From positions 1 to 33,036 of IMG/VR virus record IMGVR_UViG_3300005805_000270: a stretch of 33,036 bases of DNA. The stretch is one strand, 5' to 3'. The notes under the pieces are model-generated. The model was not told the DNA's origin. It made no database searches and was given only the letters and a program-made list of their open reading frames with translations. Below are positions 19,001 through 31,000 of the stretch, in pieces. How positions within the stretch are numbered: the stretch's first letter is position 1; each line of letters opens with the position of its first letter. Made by a program: the position numbers and the translations under genes. Origin of the DNA: a virus. Taxonomy: Duplodnaviria > Caudoviricetes.

Positions 19001-22000
19001 AATCAAAACTTGTATCCTATACAACTTAACGATTTGGCAGTCATTCGTGAACAAACAGCCTTCTCTGTGTCAGCGTTAAATGATGGTGATACTATATCAT
19101 ACGGCCAATTTAACTTAAGTAATTTTGAACATGGTATTGTTTTTGACAACGTTACATTGTTCGGTGATATCATTTATAACTTGACTACTGGACTAAGACA
19201 AACACGTATTACGTTACGTGGAACTAAATCTGCTCTTTGGGACGGTACTGTAAATGCATCTGGATTCATATACAATCAAAACAATATTAAAGAGTGGAGC
19301 AAACTTACCAAATATACTAAGGGTGAGATTGTCACATATAAAAACAAATATTGGATAGCTACTAAAGTTATACAAGCAAGCGAAATATTCAAAGAGGAAG
19401 ATTGGAAGAGAACAGACTACGATGAAGTACAAAAAGGTCTGTTACCTAACCCAAGTACCAGAAGCTATGAAAGCACATTGTATTATGATATCAATCAAGG
19501 AAATCTTGAAAAAGATGCAGACCAACTTTCATTTAGTTTAATTGGATATAGACCTAGAGATTACTTAGCATTGGCTGACCTTACAGATATTACTCAGGTA
19601 AATATCTATAGAAATCTAATTAAAAACAAAGGCACAAAAAATTCTGTCAACGCATTTAGAGGTGCTAACCTTCCACAAGGTGGTATAGACTACGAAGTGT
19701 ATGAAAACTGGGCAATTAAAGCCGGTGAATTTGGTGGAGTGTTAAATAATAATTTTGTAGAATTTAGATTAAATCAAAAATACTTGACAGGCAATCCTTC
19801 TATTGTAGGGTTAACAAATGGACTATACAACACAGGTGTGCAACAAGAAGTTCCTCTATATTCTGTGTTTAATTACGAAAGACCAATAACCAACGTAAAT
19901 GTTTTATCGACAATTTCACCAGATGAACCATCTTCTATATATCCAACAGCCGGTTATGTAAATTACAACGATGTAAAACTTTCTGCATTTTTCTATTCAC
20001 AACTACCAATTGGTGTTAATAAAAATGATGTTGTTATTCCTATACAACAATTTTTTGTTAGAGATTATGCTTGGGTAGCAAATTACAAAGAAAGATGGGA
20101 AGTATTTACCCCATCATCTATGGGCCAAGTGATTAATGCTAAGAACAATTTAAATGAAACCGTTACTATTACTTTCGACAGGCCACATAATTTAACACAG
20201 TATCAACCATTTGCAGTTGTAAATTTTGATGATAATATTGATGGATATTATTTGGCGACAGTTGTTATAGATTCATTCAAGGTATTGATTAATAAGGTAC
20301 TCGATGTAAGCATTAAGAATATAACAGGTCAGGGTGTTGGTCTTAAACTAACATCTCAACGTGTAGCAACCCCTGCGGATATCTATTCATTACCGCTACT
20401 CAATACAGAGTTTACTAAAAATACGGTATGGGTAGATACAGATACCAACGGGTCATGGGGAGTATATCGTAAAGGTCTGAACTATCAATTAGAGGATCAA
20501 TTAACAAAACCATTATCAGAATCATTGGGTAGTGCTGTTGCAATAGGTCAACAACTAGGTTACCTAATAGGTGATGCAGATGACGGTAAAGTTTATAGAT
20601 ATACCTTTAACAGCCTAAGTGAAACATATCAATTAATACAGACTTTAACTGGTGGTACTAGTTTTGGTTCTACTATTTCTTACTCAGGTGATTTGTATGC
20701 CATAGCAGAAACGAACGGAGCAGGAAGAAGTGTTAAGTTATACCAATTACAAAACACTCCAGAATCTGATGATTTGGTATTATATCAAAATATTCCCTCC
20801 CCGGTAGTTACTGTCTGGGGATCAGCAATATCCATATCAGGGGATCAGTATTGGATTTACATTTCTGACGTAAACAACAACACCATCTATGTATATAGAA
20901 GGTCTTATATTCCAACTCCAGCTGGTAATTTTGTTCCCGGAGAAACGTATACTATTTCTAGCTTGGGAGATACCGATTTTACTTTAGTTGGTGCTACTAC
21001 AAACGTAGTGGGAGTTTCATTTATTGCCACCGGTGTAGGAACAGGATCTGGTATAGCTATAAACTCCACTTATAAACAAATTACTACTATAGATGCTAAC
21101 GCATTAGTGTTGACAACTCCTGGAGATAACTTTGGTACTTCTATTAGCACCGATTATGATGGTGATTGCTTTGTAGTAGGGACCCCAAATCAAGCCAACG
21201 GTACAATTAGTAATTGGGGTTATGGATATATATTTGATAGACTTGTTCAGAATATAGAAATTCAAAACAATGTAGTTCCTGCTACATTGCAGTTAGCATG
21301 GACTCCAACAACAGTACAAAAGACAGTATCTGCTACAACATCATCTGGTAATTTTATAACGTTGAATAACGTCACTAACATTTCTGTAGATGATCCAATA
21401 GTATTTACAACATCTGGTTCTAACTTGTCAGGCACTAATATTGTTAGCGATAAGGTTTACTACATTGATAGTATTGTGGGAAGTACAATCACCATCAAAG
21501 AATCACGTTTTGCTACAACTGAACTTACACTAGGGACTAATGGATCGGCCTCAGCAATAGCACATGTTCAAACAGAATCGCTATTGGTATACAAAAACGG
21601 AGCATTGGTTGAAGATAGTAACTATGCGGTTATTAATGATACGCTACTGTACACAGGAACATTAACCGCAGGTGATATCTTGACGGTAAGTGGTAATGAA
21701 ATTTATCATATTCAAACTATAACAACTGAAGAATCACCACAAATTGGTGCACAATTTGGTATAAGTTTGGACACTAACACACATGCCAGTGAAATAATCG
21801 TCGGTGCCCCCTTCCAGTTGAATTCTCAGCTAGAAGAAGGTGTTGTATACAGATTTACAGATAGCGGTGCAAAATATGGTACCATCATCGGAACTCAAAA
21901 TTGTAATGTAATAGCACCTAGAAAAATTTTGATTAATGGATATCTAGTGTACGTTACCCCCGGTGATGCAACTCACGTAGCAGATATTATTAAGTCAGTA

Positions 22001-25000
22001 AATATAACCAATGTAACCGCTAGTGCATTAGAAGGAAAGCTTGTCATATCTTTAATTAATTCAGATTTGGCACCAGTCAATGAAAAGTTATTCATTAGTG
22101 TAGATGGTATTTCTACGTTAGCAGAGTTGGGCATACAAATTTTCACACAAACACAAGACATTACATGCCCTCACACTCAAGGACCTACACAGTTTGGTAC
22201 AGTAGTCAAATTTAACGAACATGATAGTTTTGTAGCTAGTGCCCCTGTAGGAACTAGGTATTCTGCTACGACATTTGATTTCATTGACGACGAAAATCAA
22301 GACAATGATACTATATTTGATAATAACGCTACACAATGGATAGATGAATCTCCAAACTTTGGCGCAGTGTATATGTTTGATTATCTGTCACAATACAACG
22401 AAAATATTTACAACACTGGTAAATTTGTATACGCTCAAAGTATTAACAGTCCAAATATTGTTGCTACACCATTCAATACTTACAACCAAGATAGTGATGT
22501 TACAGAAAACAATCAACCAAGATATGGAACAGCACTAGATTTTAATGAATATTCTGTTATAGTTGGAACACCTCTCGACACTGGATCAACATCAGGATCT
22601 ACATATTCTGGTTCTGTAACTACCTACCTTAACAGTCTAGGTGTAAAAGATTGGTCTTTATATAGATATTCATCTTCAGTGGTTGATATAAACAAAATTT
22701 TCAATTTACAAATTTTTAGCGCCGAAACTAACAATACGCTAATAAACCTAGATTATATAGATCCTATTCAAGGAAAAATTTTAGGAGCAGCAAGAGAAAA
22801 CATCGACGTAGTATCTAATGATGATCCTGCAATTTATAACAACATTCCAACTGTACCAGGTGGCATTGTTTGGGGTGCAAGTCAAGTAGGTAAAATTTGG
22901 TTAAATACAACTAATATGCGTTATGTAGACTACCATCAAAACGATGATGTAGTATACAATAGTCAATATTGGGCTACTTTATTCCCGGGCAGTGATGTTG
23001 CTGTATATAGTTGGATTGCAAGTAATGTAATACCTGCAGAATACCAAGGACCAGGTACACCTTACCAGATAGATTCTTATTCTATACAATATGTGATTAA
23101 TCCAGCCGGATCACTAACACCGGTATATTACTATTGGGTGCGTGATACAAACACTGTTTTCATTAACAGTGGAAAAACTTTAGCTGACTCGATCATTGCA
23201 TCGTATATTGCAAGTCCAAAAAATTCGGGTATAAGTTATTTTGCACCAATACTTCCCAATGTATATGGTTTGTACAACAGTGATGAATATATTAACGCTA
23301 CAGATTCTGTATTACATATCGGGTTTGCTACAGGAAACAATGATGATCCTGCACACCAACAATTTAACTTGATACGTGATGGATATTCTAGTGACTTTTT
23401 ACCGGGTGTACCTCTATTTGCAGATCAAACTCCTGAATCACTATACGACAGAATGTTAGATAGTTTATGTGGCGTAGACGAAACGGGAGCAGTTGTTCCT
23501 AATCCATATTTACCACGTGCGGTACAAACAGGTGTTTTAGCAAGACCTAGACAAGGATTCTTCTTCAATCGATTCGTAGCATTAAAGAATTACTTACAGT
23601 ACGCCAACACCGTATTAGCACAGTATCCAATAACAGAAATTCGCCAATCTTCATTCTTGACATCTTCGGGACCATTCTACGATACGGCCGACTATTGGGA
23701 ATTCGTAAACTGGTGGGCACCGGGATATGATGATAATACAAAATCTACCTTACAAGTTCCTATATATGCGGACTTATCTACATTAACTGTTCCTGTAGGA
23801 ACAATTGTAACAGTGTTGACCAACGTAGACGGTAAAGCAGAAACGTATGTGTACGAATCTACAGGTATTTGGAAGCGCATAGGTCTTGAAAATGGTACTA
23901 TAGCTTTCAAAGCTGCACTTTGGGATTACACATCTGTACGTTTGGGTTATGGAGACAATTTCTTTGACACAAACTTGTATGATGAATATCCAAGTGAGGA
24001 AACTAGAAAAATTGTACGTGCATTGAACGAACAGATTTATGTTGAAGATTTGTTAATACACCGAAATAAGAGTTTGATTCTGTTGTTTGAATACATTCAA
24101 AGTGAAACATCTGAAAGTCAAAATTATTTGCCATGGTTGAATAAAACATCGTTTATTGATGTTTCTCATACTATACGTGAACTAAGACCGATTGAAGTAT
24201 TCCAAAGTGACAATCAAGATTTTCTTGCGGGTTATCTAAACGAGGTAAAACCGTATCACGTTGTCATTAAAGAATTCTTATTCAAATACACAGGTGAAGA
24301 ACTATACGCAGGAAATATTACAGACTTTGATTTGCCAGCCAAATATAATAAATCTATAGAACAATTCGTCACCCCCCAGTTAGTTTATAGCAATCCAAAT
24401 GGTGTAAATCAATTCTTACCTTCTAATTCAATATGGCAAGAAGAAGAATATAAACAGTGGTTCGAAAATAATGGTGTCACGTTGACGGGAGAAGAAAACG
24501 TACAAATAACTACACTGACATCCTACATATCATTGAATACGGCATTCTTTGCAGTAGACAATGCACAAGGACTTCCTATCAACGGTGTGTTAAAAATCGG
24601 AAATGAACATATAGGTTATTCTACAGTTGACCGAGCATATAATATTGTATCTGGTTTAACACGTGGCGTGAACGGAACACAAATATCAGCACATATTCCC
24701 GGATCTCTAATATACATCGATTTACCAGCCGTGGTACTATTGAACAGTGGTAGAGGCTATACTGAACCTCCTAAAGTTATTGCATACATAGATCCTGTAC
24801 TGTATCCTGAACCAACTAGACCTGCAATATTAACGGCAGTAATGAGTTTGGATAGCGTATTAAGTGTTAACGTTGAAGACCCTGGTGAAGGATATGCTGT
24901 TCTTCCTACTATCAAAATTGATCCTGCTATAGTTGTAGATTTTTCTAGTGCGGATGTAAGCACACTTACTAACACCATCAAATTATATGCTCCATTGTTA

Positions 25001-28000
25001 CAAACAGGTGACTTAGTACAATATAAAGTTTTGAATGGTAGCACCCCAATTGGTGGTCTTGAAAATGATCAATGGTATTACATTAATGTACTAGAAACAG
25101 TACCTACAGTTATTGTGGGATTGTACACAAATTATTTCAACGCAATTAACAATCACGATAGAATTTCATTGTTCTCTACAGGAACAGGCAATGGACATTC
25201 CTTAAATTTGGGAGCAAGAGCCAGTGCAATATCTACATCGTATCCAATAAGAGAAAACAATATTACATTGAGATTTGATAGAACAAGTTATACTTCTCAA
25301 GTTATAGATTGGATTGCTGGTAGATATTACGGAGCATATTATGCGGGTTCGTATTCTAACAGTGAGTCTGTTGCAAGTTCATCCATTACATTACAAAGTA
25401 GCCAGCCTCCAATATCTAGTATATTAGCTAGTGCCCAAGGGGTTGCATTTGAAATTACGGATGTTAGAAACGAAAGAGTAGTAGCATATAGTTCATTCAT
25501 TAGATATGTTCAAAGCACAGAAGTCACAGATAATTCAGTGAGATTAACATTGCAAGATGATGGATCAGGTAATCCTAACGCTTCGGGCGGTACATTAGGA
25601 TTCTATATCGGTATGCCTATAAAATTTGTAGGTGAAGTAGGAACTAGTGGAATCGTAAATGAGGCAGTTTACTATGTAAATAGCGTATTAAATCAAACAG
25701 ATTTTACAATATCATCAAATTCTTCAGGATCACCTATTGTCTCATTAGCAGATTACACAATTGGACCTGCTGGTCTTGAATGCTACGTAGGTGAAGTAAC
25801 TGATACGGCTGTAATTACTGTAAATTATCCGGGAATACGTGGTGTGACAGAAACAATTTCTGGAACTAATAAATTGACTATTCCTCTAAATGTAACAGGA
25901 ACAGGAGGAACACAGGGTTTCTATATTAATCTTCCTATATTCTTTACAGGAACTGATAACAGTTTAGCTAATAACGGTATCTTTGGTGGTATAGTAGAAA
26001 ATCAAGTGTATTATGTAACAACAGTCGTTGACGACCAAACATTTACAATGTCAGAATTTACTGATCCATTGACATTTAATGTCTTATCAACTGACAGTGT
26101 AACAGATAACATTTCTATAGACGGAGACACAACAAAGATAAGTGTCAATGAGCCAGTCATATTTAATACCATGATTGTTGCGGGTTCTGAAGTTACTAAT
26201 TTTGGTAATATAATTTCAGGCGAAACATATTATATTTCTGCAATTACAGGACCTAGTACTTTCCAAATATCCACTTCTGTAAACGGAGCAGTTTTTGCAT
26301 TGTCTACAGTAACAGCAGCATCTAACACTTCAGCGTTATTAACAAGCCAAGCTAATACAGTAAACTTAATCAATGCGACCGGCGATACAATGGTTGTAAA
26401 TATAAGCTTACCTGTAAGCCCTGGACAAGTTAATGGTCAAAGATTTACTTTATATGAAACTTCCGAACAATATCCTAATTTGGTAGGAACAGACGGATCA
26501 TTAATTACTAGGGGATTGGCAGCTTTAATCGGTGAAAGAACCATCGATGGTAGTCCAGTAAATGTTAACCAGGTAGTCTTGTCTAACTTTAATCCTGGCG
26601 TAAGCGTAGCACTACAATTAACAAACATTTATATAAACATGCCAGTTGAAATTTCTGCTGACTTGTTTGATAGTGCATCTTTCTTAGAACCAGGAACAAC
26701 GTACTATGTTGTAGATAAAGGAACTATTGAGGTTGAGGTAACTAACACATCTCAGATTACGACCGGCGTTACAGTAAATGCAGGAAGTTTTATTGTAGGC
26801 AGAACATATGTAATCGTAACAGTGGGAACTACAGATTTTACATTAATTGGTGCAACTTCTAACACACCTGGTTTAATATTTACGGCAACAGGTCCGGGTG
26901 CAGGAACAGGAACTGCTAATGTAGTTCGTAATCAATTAACTTGTGACACTACAGAATCGTTATTTGCAGACATGCCTATAGCATTTACTGGAGCAGGTAT
27001 AGGTGGCGTTAATATCGATGTGGAATATTATGTAAAAGAAGTAGTTGATGACCATCATTTTACATTGACTAACACCCCTGGCGGTTTAGAAATTGTAGTT
27101 CAAACAGCTAGCGGATTAATGACAGGTATAGGTTTACCATATATCAAACTATCTACTACAGTGGGTGGTTCTGAGATAGATCCCGGCGACACTCAACAAA
27201 GTGCAGCAATTAACGTAGCTAGCCCTGCAGTTGTGACTGTAGCCGAAGCGCCTAGTAATGGAACTATAGTAATATTTAGGAACGGTACTCTACCGGGTGG
27301 AGTAAGTTTTGGTACTCCTTACTATGTACAAAATGCGACTGCAACAACATTTGAAATCTCTTTAACTCCTTCAGGCCTGCCAATAAATTCTACAGGGTCC
27401 GCGGGTACAACTACAATGATTATTTCTACGGAAACAACCATTGATCAAACCCCGTTAAGTACACCTCAGTTTGATGTAAGTTATATATTAGGTGGATACA
27501 GAGTTATAATTAGTACGCCTGCTTCAGGTTACGCAGTTGATAATACAATAACTATCGCCGGAACTAATATGGGAGGAACGACTCCTGCAAATGACTTAAT
27601 CTTAACTGTTAATTCTATAGACAGTTTAGGAGCTATTACAAGTGTAATTTGTGCAGGTACGGTTCCAGGTAACTCTAATCAATACTACTTAAAAGTAATA
27701 TCACCTAATGAATTTGAATTGTATCAAAATGCATTACTAACAGTCCCGGTTAGTGGATTAGGCTTACCTTATGTAGGTATAACAGAAACACCGGTCATGA
27801 GCGTTGCATCCGGCACAAACATTATAGCACTATATGACGGAACAGGTTTTGAAGTCAACGATGGAATTGTATTTACAGGCGATCTAACTGCAACAATAGG
27901 TGCCTTGCAAGAAGGTAAAACATATTATATCACCAGCAAAGCAACCAATGATATCACTGTATCTGAAGAACCAGGTGGTGCGGATGTGTCTATTGTTACA

Positions 28001-31000
28001 AGCACAACAGTAGAATTTACGGCTGCAAAATCGGGTTCATTTGCCCTACTACCTGAACCGTTTATATTCAATCAAAGTATAGTCAAATACAACAATCGTG
28101 TTTATGTTTGCGTAGTTTCGAATAATGACGACGAGTTTGTATTTGGTAAATGGGAATTGTTAGATAGCGGAGATCGTCGCCTAAATGCTATGGATAGAGT
28201 TTACGGATATTATGCACCTACTGTAAATATGCCGGGTATAGATTTATCTCAATTATTTGAAGGAGTTACATATCCTAATAGTATCTATTTAGGTAATGCC
28301 TTCCAACCCGATCAACAGTATCCGATTGACACAGTATTACAAGATCAAGCTTTCTATCCCACTTCAGTGGATATAAAGGCTATTTCTTGGAATGGTATAA
28401 CATACTTAGCACCAGCAGATACCCCGACATATTCAGCAGTGTTGGGAAGTATAGATACAAATGAATGGGATATAACCAAGCTAGCTAATACTCCATTAAG
28501 TGTAACTGATATAATATACGCAGGAGGATATTATATCATTACTACAAACAACGCTGCTACCCCTGTATTCAGAAGTAGTGACGGTGTAACTTGGACAACT
28601 AACGGATATTACACTCCATATGGATCTACACCGTATAGTTCGACGCCATATGATATGACCGCGTTAAGTGTAGCCTCGATATCACTGAACTCGGTCGGAT
28701 ACAGAAATGGTATATGGGTAGCGGTAGGAGAAAATATTGTATCAAGCGATGATACCTATCTATGGAGAGAACGCTTTGTATTCACTAATCCATTGCTGAC
28801 AAACGTATTGTACAGTGTATCAGGAATAGACACAACAAATTTTGCAGGATACATAGCAGTTGGTAAGGGACAACAATTAAACTATTCTACAGGCATAGGG
28901 GTTACAGAAGATATTAACCTAATACTAACTAGTTCTGATGGAATAAATTGGAATCAATTACCTTACGTATCCTCAAAAGGAATGTATGGCATAACGTACA
29001 ACACAGCTAATATATTAACAGTAGGTGAAGACGGTATTATTTATATTAGCGATAATGGTACGAATTGGTTAGGTGTTAATGAAGTTAAAGTACTCAGTGC
29101 TAATGATTCTACCAATGAACTTAACGTAACTAGCACCGCAGGATTTGCAATTAATAATGAAGTTATCTTTACAGAATCATTTAATGTATTTGTTGCAGGA
29201 ACATCGTACTATGTTGTTAATATTATATCATCAACACAAATACAAGTAAGTGCTACGTATGGCGGGTCCCCTGTTACTCTAAATGCATCCGATCCTACAG
29301 TAGACACATACATGCATTTACCGTATACATTCTCACTACGAGATGTTCATTACGCAAATGGTTTCTATGTAGCAGTCGGGGATAACGGTTTAATCAAAGT
29401 ATCAAGTGACGGATACACTTGGACACCACACACTTCTGGTGTTACTGAAAACCTTAATGGAGTTACATACAATGCTGATGCGGGTATTTGGATTGCAGTC
29501 GGTGATAACAATACTATATTAACTAGTGTAAACAATGGTGTAACATGGGTAAGCACATCCGTGTTTGCGCCGCAGCCAACAATTTACGATGTACAAGGAG
29601 CTGAATTCACATTTGGTTATGGTCCTGAAGAATTGGTACCGGGCGTGGTTACGGATAATATTACTATGATTGTTGCAACAAGACCGGGTACTAATTGGGA
29701 TGAAACAATTTATCAGCATGTTGGATACAACGTAGCATCTATAGAATTACAACCAACCTCAGGTACACAAACACAATATAGTTTTGATGTTGGAGGTGTA
29801 GAAAACGTTCAAAATCCAGCAGAAATAGCATTGTATATTATAAATGGTACAACTGGTTTAGGTACAGCAATATATGAAGGAGCCGATTACACAGTTGATT
29901 GGATTAATTTCACAGTAACCTTAACTGCACCTTTAACATATCTACCAGTATCAGATAAACTAAGAATAGACATATACGAAGTAGGAAATGGTAATCAATT
30001 AGTAAAAGCAAGCACGAAAACTGATCCAATACGCTTAAATGAAGTTACCGGTTGGAATGAAATCTATGTCAATTGCAACTATTCAGGTGAAATTTATGAT
30101 GGTTCAGGAGTAATCAGACCTGCCACAAGTCCAGTAGACGCTATATGTATAGAAACAGATGCAGCATCTAACTCTATATTGTGTGAAGATGTATCAGGGT
30201 TTGTTTTGAATAATGCAATTACATTCCAAGGAACTACTTTCGGTGGTATACAAGAAGATACTACTTATTATGTGAAAACAATTAGTTATATTTCTAAAAG
30301 AATTACAATCTCTCTAACTTACAACGGTGGCACTGGAACAGCGGGCCCTACGTTATCATTAACAGATGGTACTGGGTATATGACTGCTATTATATCAACA
30401 GGTTCAGGATTAGTTTGGACAGATCCTATTATATACCATAACGGTAATAAGCTACTATTGGGTACTACTGGAACAGTAACTAGAACTAAAGCTAGCCCAA
30501 TTAATACGGTTACATGTAATACAACCTCAGGACTATCAGTAGGAAATCGAGTGGTATTCAGTGATACGATGTTTGGTAATACTATAGTGCCGCAGACAAC
30601 GTATTATGTTGCTTCTATCTATGATTTCAATGAATTTAGAATCTCTGAAGATAGTACCGCAACCTCTGCAGGTAGTTTCTTAGTAGGAGAGGAATATGTA
30701 ATTACTACGCTAGGAACTACAGACTTTACATTAATTGGTGCAGTGTCTAATACCATAGGGGTTACATTTACTGCGACGGGTGCTGGAACAGGAACAGGAA
30801 CAGCGTGGAAGATATTAGAACTAGATGCAGCAACAGGTGGCGCAGAATTTATTTCTAACGATTATACATTTGGCATAGCAGATAATGGAATTTCTGCATC
30901 TATCATATTCTCTACAGGAAATTACGATGCTTCAGTAGACTATATTACCTACACACTGTTTGGAGAAACTACTCCATTGCAATACGGATACACTTTACCT

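Noticed and set aside
26780-30805. DGR template/variable repeat pair
   Set aside because: Both copies are in-frame and internal to the CDS, differences are not confined to adenines, and no reverse transcriptase is present in the window.
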